This document shows, in pieces, positions 1 through 9,322 of a stretch of DNA of 64,000 bases; within the stretch, counting starts at the first letter, position 1; each line of letters starts with the position of its first letter. The stretch is from Actinomycetes bacterium (lineage in GTDB: Bacteria > Actinomycetota > Acidimicrobiia > Acidimicrobiales > JAKAOS01). The stretch spans positions 728-64,727 of the forward strand of contig JAJYPS010000001.1 of assembly GCA_021795215.1 (NCBI GenBank), written 5' to 3'. The position numbers and the translations under genes are program-made. The notes under the pieces are model-generated. The model saw only the letters and a list, made by a program, of their open reading frames with translations. It did not search any database and had not been told where the DNA came from.

Positions 1-669
1 TATAGGCCGACCCTCCGCTATGCCGAAGATGTCGACTTGGCTCTCCGCATGCTCTACAGCGGGACGGGCATCGTGGTGGAAGAGGTTCTGGCGAAGTGCC
101 GATTCCATCCGGACAGCTACTCGCACGACTACGTGCGCCAGGCCTACGACGCAATGAGAGTCTTCTCGGACAACCGCAAGGCAGCTTTCGCTTCGGGCGA
201 GTGGGACCTGTGGCTGCAGGCGTGGCGCGGAAGCCTCACCGTGCGCCATGGATACGCCCGGCATGCCCTCTCCCGTGGTTACCATGCTCACCTGGCCGGC
301 CGCCCTTGGCCGGAGGTCGCGGGACACCTGGCCACTGGAGTGCGTATGTTCCCGCCCAGCGTGGTGACGATGGCGGCCGCCCGGATGGCCAAGAAGGGCG
401 CCGTAGCCCCCTCCCACAGGTTGGCGACGTGGGACCCCGGCCGCAAAGTGTCGCAGGTGTCCCCTGACGAGATCCCAATCACCGAGCGACGTACCGACGG
501 GGGGGACGAGAACCGGGTCGACGACAGCGCCCCCAGGCCGGGCGCTTCGCAAGCCTCTCGTCGTCAGGTCCCCCAGCGCTTTGCCGAGCGAGGCGAAGAC
601 CCGGTCCCGGTGGCGCCCGCAGAACCTCGCGGCCTCGCCGCATCCACAGACATCGCAGGCCTGACGTAA
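1..669 (+). CDS. glycosyltransferase family 2-like protein, C-terminal part (5' end outside the window)
   Basis: The frame is open from the window edge. The translation YAEDVDLALRMLYSGTGIVVEEV matches the ED-x-DL-x-x-R segment common in GT2 enzymes. Stop at 667-669. Confidence 0.55.
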   Translation, partial: YRPTLRYAEDVDLALRMLYSGTGIVVEEVLAKCRFHPDSYSHDYVRQAYDAMRVFSDNRKAAFASGEWDLWLQAWRGSLTVRHGYARHALSRGYHAHLAGRPWPEVAGHLATGVRMFPPSVVTMAAARMAKKGAVAPSHRLATWDPGRKVSQVSPDEIPITERRTDGGDENRVDDSAPRPGASQASRRQVPQRFAERGEDPVPVAPAEPRGLAASTDIAGLT

Positions 670-1017
670 CTCGTTCTTGCCGCGTCCTGTCTCGATCTCC
701 GCTGGCGCATGCCCTCCCCGTCACCACGACGGCGAAGGAGCTCCTTCGCCGTGCCGCCCGGTGGGGGAGGGTTGGGCGAGCCTCGACGAGGCACTCCCCG
801 CAGACGGGCGGAGGCACTGCTTGGAAAGCTTGGAGAGGCCGGAACTGACCCTGCGCCCTGATCGGTCGTGCCGGGACCCGACTGGTGGCATGATGGTCTC
901 CATGCGGCCACTGCTGTCGGTAACGGCACTCTCGCCGATCTCCGGCAGCCGGGACAGGGAACCGAGTTGAGGTCGACTTCGAGAGCTGCGGGAGGTGATC
1001 ACGCTCTCCGCTGGCGC

Positions 1018-1749
1018 ATGACGGCCACAGCAAAGCGCTCGGCAGCCGGCGCGTTGGGCACGCTGCTCCAGGCGGCCGGGGCAGATCGGACAGCCGATAC
1101 AGCACGGCGGTCCTGCCTCGTGGTGGCTCCCCATCCGGACGATGAAACGCTGGGTTGCGCTGCGACCATCATGCGCAAGATCGACTCGGGCGCCGGAGTG
1201 TCACTGGTGGTGGTCAGCGGTGGCGGCGGCTGGCCTCCGGAACGGTCGAGCGCAGAGAACGTGACCGTGCGCGCGGCCGAGTTGGCGGCGGCGTGCGAGG
1301 TCCTCGGGCTGCCCCACGACGAAGTCACGTCCTTGGACCTTCCCGACGGGCACCTTGCCGAGAGTGAAGAGGGGATCGCCGACGCTTTGGCGGATGCCCT
1401 GCGCGCCGGCTGTTACGAGGAGCTGCTGGTCACGTCTCCGACCGATCCGCATTCGGATCACGCCGCGGTCGGCAGGGCGGCGGCGTCGGTTGTGGCGGGT
1501 ACCGGCACCCGGCTCCTGACCTACCCGATCTGGCAGTGGGAACGCCCACGCCCCTGGTTGCGGCTGGCCCTTGCCAGCTCTCGTCCTCAATTGATCAGCA
1601 CCAGCGGTTATGTCGATCGCAAACTGGCTACGATCGCCTGCTACCCCTCTCAACTGGCCGATATGTCAGATGTCAACTTCGGCTTGTCGCCGGCGTTCTT
1701 GGCTCGGTTCACGGGAAAGCACGAGATCTTCTTTCCCCATCGGACGTAG
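1018..1749 (+). CDS. PIG-L / LmbE family deacetylase (MshB/Mca-like fold)
   Basis: Lies in track ORF 868..1749. Carries the signature VVAPHPDDETLGCAATI and a later PHSDH motif. The first ATG before the conserved core is at 1018. Confidence 0.85.
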   Translation: MTATAKRSAAGALGTLLQAAGADRTADTARRSCLVVAPHPDDETLGCAATIMRKIDSGAGVSLVVVSGGGGWPPERSSAENVTVRAAELAAACEVLGLPHDEVTSLDLPDGHLAESEEGIADALADALRAGCYEELLVTSPTDPHSDHAAVGRAAASVVAGTGTRLLTYPIWQWERPRPWLRLALASSRPQLISTSGYVDRKLATIACYPSQLADMSDVNFGLSPAFLARFTGKHEIFFPHRT

Positions 1750-2059
1750 CAGGGCTGGAGGTAGGTCCCATCGAAGCGTCCAGCCGAGCAGGGGGCGTCC
1801 CCATTCATCGGCCTCCCAAGCCTCGCCGTGGTTGCCAGGCCGGGATCGGCATGTCCGTACCGGGCGGCCCTGCGCCGCCGGAACAGGCGCTCCGATAGGT
1901 GCGACGAGATGAAGCGATGGAACGCCTGGCCGGGGTCCGCTACGGTTGCCTCGCGCAGCAAGTTCTGCTGGAGCCGCATCGTGCGGTGACGATCCCCGGC
2001 GGTCGTAACCGACGGGACACACCACTGGGGACGAACGGATTCGAAAAGGAACCGACGAT

Positions 2060-3250
2060 GTGCTGCTGGCCCTGGATCAGGCACATCCATCGGAGATGTT
2101 GCAGATCCTCCACAACCAACTCAGTTCGGGGTTCGGAGCGATCGAGACCCGGCTCCTGGTAGCGGACTACGACCAGACAGAGCTCCGTCGCTTGGACGAT
2201 CTTCCGGTCGAGCACTTGGAACGCCTCCAGATCGACGGCACCGACGCTGGCGCCTCGTTTCGGGAGCAGAGGCCGATCGAGGCCCCTACCGGCAGCGCGG
2301 GAGACTCCGAGACGGTCTACCTGCCCGTCTCGATGCGGGGCGAGAGGCTCGGCGTACTGGTAGTACGAATGCGCGTCAGACCGGATCGTCCGACTCTCGA
2401 TGCGCTGCAGGCGGTGGCCACCACTGTCTCGTACGTTCTGTACTCCGCGGCCCGGTACACGGACGCCTTCGAACGCGCCCGTCGCCATCGGCAGCTCTCC
2501 CTGCCGGCCGAGATGCAGTGGGCCCTGCTGCCCGCACGGGCCTTCCGCTGCCCCGAGTTCACCGTCGCGGGACAGCTCGTTCCCGCGTACGAGGTGGGCG
2601 GCGACGTTTTCGACTACGCCATCGAGTCCGACAAGCTGACGGTGTCGGTGATCGACGCTATGGGGCATGCGCTCGAGGCGTCCGTCATGGCCGGGCTCGC
2701 TCTGGCATCCCTCCGCAACCGGCGGCGGGCAGGCGAGGGCATCAGCGAACAGCTGGCCGCAACCGACCGCCGACTCTACGACTATCGAGGGGGAGACCAC
2801 TTCGTCACTGCACTGCAGGTGGAGATAGACGTCAAGACCGGTCGAGGTCGTGTCGCCTCTGCCGGGCACCCCCCCGCCAGGCGTTTACGCGACGGTGAGG
2901 TGACAAGCCTGTCCACCGTACCCAACCTGCCTCTCGGATTGACCGGCGACACCGACTACGACGTGACTCCTATCGAGCTGCGCGACGGCGACCGGCTGCT
3001 GCTGCTCAGTGACGGGGTGATCGAGAGCCGCTCCACCGAAGGCGAAGAGTTCGGCGATCGTCTCCTCGACAGGGTGCTGGTCGACACAGCCAAGCTCCCT
3101 GCTGGCGAAGCCACCATACGCCTCCAGGAAGCGGTGCGGGCTCATTCGCATCCGCTGGACCTCCGCGACGACGCGACACTGGTCCTTCTCGACTGGCGCG
3201 GCTCGCACGAGCTCGGTTTCGTGGATCGAGGTGCCCGAGAGCCGGACTAG
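2060..3250 (+). CDS. PP2C/SpoIIE-family serine phosphatase with an N-terminal GAF-like sensor region
   Basis: Motifs EVGGDVFDY, VIDAMGHALEAS, GHPPA and LLLLSDGVIE are typical of the SpoIIE/RsbU phosphatase domain. About 170 aa of N-terminal sequence precede it. Confidence 0.85.
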   Translation: MLLALDQAHPSEMLQILHNQLSSGFGAIETRLLVADYDQTELRRLDDLPVEHLERLQIDGTDAGASFREQRPIEAPTGSAGDSETVYLPVSMRGERLGVLVVRMRVRPDRPTLDALQAVATTVSYVLYSAARYTDAFERARRHRQLSLPAEMQWALLPARAFRCPEFTVAGQLVPAYEVGGDVFDYAIESDKLTVSVIDAMGHALEASVMAGLALASLRNRRRAGEGISEQLAATDRRLYDYRGGDHFVTALQVEIDVKTGRGRVASAGHPPARRLRDGEVTSLSTVPNLPLGLTGDTDYDVTPIELRDGDRLLLLSDGVIESRSTEGEEFGDRLLDRVLVDTAKLPAGEATIRLQEAVRAHSHPLDLRDDATLVLLDWRGSHELGFVDRGAREPD

Positions 3251-3333
3251 GTGGGAACCAGGCGCCGGTACCACTCCGTCCGACCGGCAGCATCCGCCTG
3301 GTCCCCGGTGAGAGCCCGCAGAGGAAACCGCTG

Positions 3334-4449
3334 TCAGGACATGCGTTCGAGGGTCGGGACGAGGTAGCCGAAGCCGGCCACCACCGCCCCGACCAACATG
3401 AGCAGCATTCCAACCACGCCCTGCAGGTGACCGGCCGCCAGCAGCCCTCCTCCACCGGCCAGCAGCGTGCCGACCGCACCGGTCCAACCGCTGATCTTGG
3501 CCACTCGGCTGGACCCCCTGACCCATGCCAACAGAAGAATCGATCCAGAGGCCAGTGGCAGCCCGATCACGCCGTGAGCCAGACTGACCACGGACGACGT
3601 GGGGAAGGCCAGCAGAACCATACCGAGGGCGGACTCGCCGGCAACGAACCAGGCGAGCAGCGTGGCAAGCCGTGAAGCAGCCGGATCGACCGTCACCTGC
3701 GTCCCGTCGTGCGAAGGTCCCGAGCTGTGATCCAGGATGCGGGAAGGCTCCGCTTTTCGAGCACGGTAGACGTCCGGGTCCTCGTGCACCAGGTACCACC
3801 AGCCCGCTACCGCCAGACTGGCGAAAACCGGCCACTCCACGGCGTACACCCAGCTCAGACCGTTGCCGTTCAGCGCGCTCCCCACTTGCCACCAACCTGC
3901 CGCCAGACAACCGGGTGCCACGATGGCCACTTCCAGGTGCAGCAGCAGTGCCCGTCGGGACAACCAGCGAGAGCGCACAGAACGTCCCCCGTGAGACGGC
4001 AGCTCCTGGCCGACCCCAGCCCTTCCCCCCGCGGAGGCTGAGCCAGCGCCAACCGGCTCCTGCAGCCCGGCAAAGGCCTTCCGCCGCCGAATCGGAGGTG
4101 CTCCGACGACCGCCTCGAACCGTTTCGTCATCTTGCGCTCCGCTACGAAGCCGCAGAAGGGAACGGTGCCCGCCAGCAGCACCAGGAGCATCTGCCACTT
4201 CGGGATATTCAGCCTGCGGGTCAGCTGGAACGCCACGAACAGGTACCCCAGGTACAAGAAGCCGTGAACCGTGCCCACGTCGTTCATGACCGCCGGCCGG
4301 CCGGCGGCGAACTGCAGGGGTACGCCTACGAACACCAGGATCACCAGCAGCACGGCGGTCCCGAGGGCCAGCGCCCGGTACCGCAGCAGCAGCCCCCGGC
4401 TGACAGTCGGTGCACCAACCTGCTGGTCCAGAACCGCTTCTCCCATCAT
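3334..4449 (-). CDS. polytopic membrane protein with an N-terminal DUF3817-like domain
   Basis: The segment LLRYRALALGTAVLLVILVFVGVPLQF...VHGFLYLGYLF...VPFCGFVAERK resembles DUF3817, followed by several more hydrophobic helices. The start was chosen at MMGEAV. The track ORF extends to 4596. Confidence 0.65.
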   Translation of the reverse strand: MMGEAVLDQQVGAPTVSRGLLLRYRALALGTAVLLVILVFVGVPLQFAAGRPAVMNDVGTVHGFLYLGYLFVAFQLTRRLNIPKWQMLLVLLAGTVPFCGFVAERKMTKRFEAVVGAPPIRRRKAFAGLQEPVGAGSASAGGRAGVGQELPSHGGRSVRSRWLSRRALLLHLEVAIVAPGCLAAGWWQVGSALNGNGLSWVYAVEWPVFASLAVAGWWYLVHEDPDVYRARKAEPSRILDHSSGPSHDGTQVTVDPAASRLATLLAWFVAGESALGMVLLAFPTSSVVSLAHGVIGLPLASGSILLLAWVRGSSRVAKISGWTGAVGTLLAGGGGLLAAGHLQGVVGMLLMLVGAVVAGFGYLVPTLERMS

Positions 4450-4717
4450 GACGCCCCCAACTCTCGCATACCGGCCGGACAACCGTTGGTCGCCGCCGGC
4501 CGCTCCACCCGACGGCAGGCGCTCGCCAGCCCGGCCGGCCACTGGCGCGAGACGACCGACACGGCCGCCGCCAGCCGGCATGGTATGCTTGCACAAGCAA
4601 GTGACAAGGACGCGTTGCTCCGGCTCAGAGTTGGATCGAGCAGGACGCCTCGTGAGCGTTCTCGCCCGTCAGGGATCGGCCGTGAATTGCAGCCGGTGTT
4701 GAAAAGGGCGAAAACGG

Positions 4718-6130
4718 GTGGCCACCTGGCTATCCCGGGCCCCGCACCGCTTCCTCTACCGGCGATACCAATGGACGGAGCATCCCATCTCTAGCAATTT
4801 TCGTACCCATCACGCGACCAGTTCGGCACGACCGGCGCCATCTCGGAAACGCGGTGGCAACCGTGCCGGGAACCGGTTCAGCCCGCATAGGCAGCCCAGT
4901 GCGCCCGTGGCCCCAGCGTCTCTTTCCCAATCGTCTTTCCCTCACCGTGATCCTCGGCCTCCGGTCGCATCCTTCACCGATGCGCAACTGGGCGAGCAGC
5001 TGGTGCGGACACTGGCGTCGAACGGCATGACGGAGCCCTTCCCCATCCAGGCTGCCGCCCTTCCGGACGCGATAGCCGGCGAGAACCTGCTGGGCAGAGC
5101 ACAGACCGGTGCCGGCAAGACGCTGGCTTTCGGCCTCCCCCTCCTCCACCGGCTCCACTCCTCCAGGGGGTCCAGGAGCCCGAACCGGCCCAGAGGCCTG
5201 GTGCTCGTGCCGACTCGGGAGCTGTGCCAACAGGTGGCTGACGCACTGGTGCCCTTCGCCCGGGCTCTCGGGCTCCGAGTGACGACCGTTTACGGCGGAA
5301 CGTCGATGGGTCGGCAGATCGAATCTCTGCGACGTGGAGCTGACGTGGTCGTGGCGACGCCCGGCCGCCTGACGGACCTGATCCAGAGGAGGGCTTGCTC
5401 TCTGGACGACGTGTCGATCACGGTGCTGGACGAAGCGGACCACATGTGCGACCTGGGCTTCCTGCCAGTCGTGCTCCAGTTGTTGGAGCAGGTGCCCCAA
5501 GAGGGTCAAAGGCTGCTTTTCAGCGCCACGTTGGACGGCGACGTATCCAAACTGGTTCGTCGGCACCTGCCCAATCCCGTACTGGTGACGCTGGAGGACG
5601 ACGCAGGATCGGCGGACAAGATGGCGCACCACGCCTTCGAGGTCGCAGACAGGACGGCGAAGCAGGCGATGCTGCGAACGCTCGCAGGGGGTGCAGGCCG
5701 GACGCTGCTGTTCAGCCGGACCAAGCACGGAGCCGACAGGCTTGCGCACCATCTCAACCAGGCCGGCATACGTGCTGCCGCTCTTCACGGCGGCATGACG
5801 CAGGGCGCCCGCAGCCGTGCGCTTCGCGGCTTCTCCGAGGGGCAGTGCAACGTGCTGGTGGCGACCGACGTCGCTGCCCGAGGTATCCACGTGGACCAGG
5901 TCGACTTGGTCGTCCACGCCGATCCGCCCACGGAGGTGAAGACCTACCTGCACCGCTCGGGGAGGACGGCGAGAGCCGGCGCTTCCGGTGCGGTAGTCAC
6001 GGTGTCGGTGCCGGAGGAGCGCAACTCGGTGGAGCGGCTGCTGCGGGCGGCCGGCGTCCAGGTCCGGCCTCGGAGAAGCGACCCGACGGACACCGCCGTC
6101 GTGGAGCTGGTCGGGCCCCCGAGGATCTGA
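4718..6130 (+). CDS. DEAD-box ATP-dependent RNA helicase
   Basis: Q motif (FPIQ), Walker A AQTGAGKT, VLDEADHM (DEAD-box position), SAT and HRSGRTARAG are all present. The basic N-terminal extension makes the exact start uncertain. Confidence 0.9.
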   Translation: MATWLSRAPHRFLYRRYQWTEHPISSNFRTHHATSSARPAPSRKRGGNRAGNRFSPHRQPSAPVAPASLSQSSFPHRDPRPPVASFTDAQLGEQLVRTLASNGMTEPFPIQAAALPDAIAGENLLGRAQTGAGKTLAFGLPLLHRLHSSRGSRSPNRPRGLVLVPTRELCQQVADALVPFARALGLRVTTVYGGTSMGRQIESLRRGADVVVATPGRLTDLIQRRACSLDDVSITVLDEADHMCDLGFLPVVLQLLEQVPQEGQRLLFSATLDGDVSKLVRRHLPNPVLVTLEDDAGSADKMAHHAFEVADRTAKQAMLRTLAGGAGRTLLFSRTKHGADRLAHHLNQAGIRAAALHGGMTQGARSRALRGFSEGQCNVLVATDVAARGIHVDQVDLVVHADPPTEVKTYLHRSGRTARAGASGAVVTVSVPEERNSVERLLRAAGVQVRPRRSDPTDTAVVELVGPPRI

Positions 6131-6173
6131 GGTCGGGGCCGGAACCGGCCCTGGGGCGAGGCGGACCGGCGGA

Positions 6174-6578
6174 TCAGCGGACGTTGCTCCGGTCGGCGTC
6201 CGGCGGCCGAGCTCCCACCGGCTCGGCGGGACCGGCCGGAGCTCCCCCGAGCTCCCGGAACGCCGCCATCGCCCTCGGGCCGTACACTGTGCCCGGGCCG
6301 CCGTTCAACAAGACCGCCACCCCCAGTGCCTCGGCCACTTCTGCTTCCGTCGCCCCCTGTCGGGCAGCGCCACGGGCATGCGCGCCTATGCATCCGTCGC
6401 ACTGGCGTGCGACCGACACTGCCAGTGCGATCAACTCCTTCGTCTTGGTGTCCAGGGCACCGGGAGCCATGGCCTCTTTGTGCAGAGTCGCATAGGCCGA
6501 CCACACGGACGGAATGCGGTCCCTCAAATAGCGGCCCTGCGGCCGGAGCTCGTCGGCTGTCTCTTTGGCGGTGGGCAT
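6174..6578 (-). CDS. carboxymuconolactone decarboxylase / AhpD-like family protein
   Basis: LDTKTKELIALAVSVARQCDGCIGAHARGA contains the CxxC of the AhpD-like fold. It is a complete 134-aa ORF. Confidence 0.85.
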   Translation of the reverse strand: MPTAKETADELRPQGRYLRDRIPSVWSAYATLHKEAMAPGALDTKTKELIALAVSVARQCDGCIGAHARGAARQGATEAEVAEALGVAVLLNGGPGTVYGPRAMAAFRELGGAPAGPAEPVGARPPDADRSNVR

Positions 6579-6588
6579 GGTTCCCTCC

Positions 6589-7146
6589 TCAGCTCCTTTC
6601 CCTACCGGCCAGTCGGTTGCGGTAGAGGGCGGCGGTAGCCGCGTCGAACGCGCAGAGAACGACCCACTCGGCAGCCCCGTCGTGTGACGCTACCGAGTCG
6701 ACCGCAATCTCAGCCGCCCGCACGGCAGGGTACCCGTAGATGCCAGTCGAGATGGCAGGAAAAGCGACGGAGCGACACCCCAGCTCCTCTGCCACAGCAA
6801 GGCTGTTGCGGTAGCACTCTCGCAGCAGCTCCGGTTCACCTTCCCCACCACCTCTCCAGACCGGTCCGACGGTATGGATCACCCACCTGATCCGAGGTTC
6901 CAGGGCGAACGCCGGCGTGGCTACGGCTTCCCCTGCGGCAAGCGGCGCAAATGCCGATGCCGCCTCGGCAAGCGCAGGGCCTGCCGCACGATGGATCGCT
7001 CCGTCCACGCCTCCTCCACCACGCAGCGCCGGGTTCGCCGCATTCACCACGGCGTCCACCTCCACTGCGACGATGTCGCCTTGCACCACTTCGATCCGCG
7101 GGTTCACCGCGAAAGCTATCCCCCACCATAAGGAGACTCTCACCAT
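6589..7146 (-). CDS. macro-domain protein (O-acetyl-ADP-ribose deacetylase-like)
   Basis: GDIVAVEVDAVVNAANPALRGGGGVDGAIHRAAG and AFPAISTGIYGYP are canonical macro-domain motifs. The start was chosen at MVRVSL (7146). The track ORF runs to 7239. Confidence 0.85.
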   Translation of the reverse strand: MVRVSLWWGIAFAVNPRIEVVQGDIVAVEVDAVVNAANPALRGGGGVDGAIHRAAGPALAEAASAFAPLAAGEAVATPAFALEPRIRWVIHTVGPVWRGGGEGEPELLRECYRNSLAVAEELGCRSVAFPAISTGIYGYPAVRAAEIAVDSVASHDGAAEWVVLCAFDAATAALYRNRLAGRERS

Positions 7147-7304
7147 TGGTTCATTCACTTCACAGCAGCGCTGCCGACAGTAGGAGTGGTGGTTCTGCTC
7201 AGCGGTGGAGCGGTTGGCGCGGTCAAGGGAGCCCGGCAAGTGGAGAGCGGTACGGTCACAGGACTTCGGGCAGCGGGGCTGCAGCTACCCGCCAGGAGGA
7301 TGAT

Positions 7305-7835
7305 ATGAGGCGGTCCCAGAAGGTGATGGCGACGGTAGCGGCCGCAAGTTCCGTAGCGATCGCGGGCGGTGCGCTCGTGGTCTGGCCGCCGGCCCCTGCA
7401 GTGCCGGTGTCGGTCAACGCAAGACCTCACACCGTTGGGAGGACGTCCCTCTCTCCGGGCACGCTCGCGTCGCTGAAAGCGCTCGGCATCCAGGAGCAGC
7501 AGCTCGCCCAAGCGATCGCCGCTGCCCACAAGAACCTCTCCACCTCCATTACCGCCGAGGCGGCGAAGCTGGCGGCAGCGGACAGGACGCTGGCCGCGCA
7601 GCGGAGCTCGCTCGCCCAGTCGGCCGCCCAGATCTCCGCTCGTCAGCAGGCTCTCAACGGGCAGGCCGCCCAGTTGGCCTCCCAGGCCGCAGCGATCCGA
7701 GCCGCAGGCGCTCAGTTGGCAGCCCAGCGAAGCGCTGCCGCGGCGGCTCCCACGCCTGCGCCGGTGTTCCACGCCGTGACCGGTGCAAGCGGAGCTCATC
7801 ACGACGACGTAGGGGGCGGAGGCAGTGACCACTGA
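7305..7835 (+). CDS. hypothetical single-pass membrane/secreted protein, Ala/Gln-rich helical, with a C-terminal VTGASG tail
   Basis: The ATG at 7305 is preceded by aggagga. The N-terminus is MRRSQKV plus the hydrophobic segment ATVAAASSVAIAGGALVVW. A long A/Q/S-rich region follows, and the protein ends FHAVTGASGAHHDDVGGGGSDH*. Confidence 0.6.
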   Translation: MRRSQKVMATVAAASSVAIAGGALVVWPPAPAVPVSVNARPHTVGRTSLSPGTLASLKALGIQEQQLAQAIAAAHKNLSTSITAEAAKLAAADRTLAAQRSSLAQSAAQISARQQALNGQAAQLASQAAAIRAAGAQLAAQRSAAAAAPTPAPVFHAVTGASGAHHDDVGGGGSDH

Positions 7836-8316
7836 CGAACCGCTCCACGACACGTTCCGGCGCTGGAGTGACTGGCAGTCTCCCCGCGGCGGCCCCCGCC
7901 GAGCTCGGTCGGACGCTCCCGCCGCCCGCGATTCGCGGATGGAGCAAGTCCGCGGCTGGGTCGCACCGGTGGCCATCGGCGGCATAGTGGCGTCCAGCGC
8001 CGTGAGCGCTCTCTTCTGGGTCGCTCCCAGGGTGCCGATCCCCTCGTCTTCTGCTCCGACGCCGTCGTCGACTTCCGATGCCGCTGCCGTCGCCGCGGCG
8101 GCGGCCGACCTCTCCCGACTGAACAGAGCCGTAGCTGCGGAGAATGCTCAGATCGCGCAGCTTGCTTCCTTGCCGGTCCCTCAGCCCAGCGCAGCCGGCT
8201 CGTCCACCGTGTCCTTGCCGGCGCTCAGCGCCGTCCCCTCCATCGGCTCGATGAGCATTCCGTCGGGGCCTCCGCCCGCAGTACAGGCGACGACCGGAGC
8301 GTCCGGTGTGCCCTGA
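7825..8316 (+). CDS. hypothetical single-pass membrane protein, Ala-rich, with a C-terminal TTGASG tail
   Basis: The GTG at 7825 overlaps the upstream stop (an alternative ATG lies at 7939). An Arg-rich N-terminus is followed by the hydrophobic segment WVAPVAIGGIVASSAVSALFWV. The protein ends PPPAVQATTGASGVP*. Confidence 0.55.
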   Translation: MTTDEPLHDTFRRWSDWQSPRGGPRRARSDAPAARDSRMEQVRGWVAPVAIGGIVASSAVSALFWVAPRVPIPSSSAPTPSSTSDAAAVAAAAADLSRLNRAVAAENAQIAQLASLPVPQPSAAGSSTVSLPALSAVPSIGSMSIPSGPPPAVQATTGASGVP

Positions 8317-8371
8317 GCGGTCCGCCGAGACACTGGCTCGTCCGCTCGTGCTCTCTCTCCGAGACCGAGCA

Positions 8372-9322
8372 ATGGCCAGCGACGTGTCGGTGACGGCACA
8401 CTGGGACACCTCTACGGAGCCGCCGGCCGGCGGCACTCGCAAGGCGATGCTGATGCGAGCGATGGAGGTGTTCCATGCCGTCGAAGCGGCCTGCACCCGG
8501 TTCGATCCGCACAGCCCGCTGATGCGCGCCAACTCCGAAGGGGGAGCCTGGCACGAGGTCCCCCGCGAGTGCTTCCTGGCTCTGTGCGAGGCGGAGAGAG
8601 CACACCGGGTCACCGGTGGCCGGTTCGATCCAAGAGTGCTCGGTGATCTGGTGCGCCTCGGCTACGACTCGAACCTGCGCTTCACCGGGCAGTCGGCCAG
8701 GAGCCTGGTCGAACTGCCGCCACGGGAGCGCCGGCTGCCCGTACCGCCGCGACCACCGTGGCGGCTCGACACGATAGCGAGCCGGCACCGAGTCCGCATC
8801 GGGCCGGAACCGGTGGACCTCGGTGGCATCGGCAAGGGGCTGGCGGTGCGATGGGCGGCGGCCGAGCTCGCCTCGTCGACCGACGGCTTCCTGGTCGACG
8901 CGGGCGGTGACATCCACTGTGGGGGGGACGCCCCCGGAGGAGGAAAATGGAAAGTGGCCGTAGAGGACCCCATCGGCGATCCGGACCCCGTCGCCGTCCT
9001 GGCGCTTTCGGACCTGGCATGTGCGACCTCCTCGACGAGGCTGCGCCGATGGAGAGAGGGCGGCAGGACGGTGCACCACCTCCTCGATCCCCGCACCGGT
9101 CAACCGGCCGGACAGGGGCTCGCCTCCGTCACGGTCGTCGGCCCCGACCCTGCCATGGCGGAGGTGTGGGCCAAGGCGATGTTCGTGGAGGGTCTCGACC
9201 GGGCCGGTCGTCTCGCAGCCAGTGAGGACCTGGCCGCACTATGGGTCGACGTGGCAGGGAACGCGTTCCTGAGCTCGGCCATGGCGCCGTACATCTGCTG
9301 GAGCAGGGTTGCGCTCGGTTAG
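8372..9322 (+). CDS. apbE: FAD:protein FMN transferase (ApbE family)
   Basis: VDLGGIGKGLAV, FLVDAGGDI, WKVAVEDP, ATSSTRLRRW and HHLLDPRTGQPA are typical ApbE motifs. Start at ATG 8372 or GTG 8306. Neither gives a signal peptide. Confidence 0.85.
   Translation: MASDVSVTAHWDTSTEPPAGGTRKAMLMRAMEVFHAVEAACTRFDPHSPLMRANSEGGAWHEVPRECFLALCEAERAHRVTGGRFDPRVLGDLVRLGYDSNLRFTGQSARSLVELPPRERRLPVPPRPPWRLDTIASRHRVRIGPEPVDLGGIGKGLAVRWAAAELASSTDGFLVDAGGDIHCGGDAPGGGKWKVAVEDPIGDPDPVAVLALSDLACATSSTRLRRWREGGRTVHHLLDPRTGQPAGQGLASVTVVGPDPAMAEVWAKAMFVEGLDRAGRLAASEDLAALWVDVAGNAFLSSAMAPYICWSRVALG

Noticed and set aside
2885-4600. 571-aa minus-strand ORF spanning the SpoIIE-phosphatase 3' end and the DUF3817 gene
   Set aside because: The translation is Arg/Gly/Pro-rich with no motifs. 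It overlaps two ORFs with clear family signatures, so it is a typical high-GC shadow ORF.
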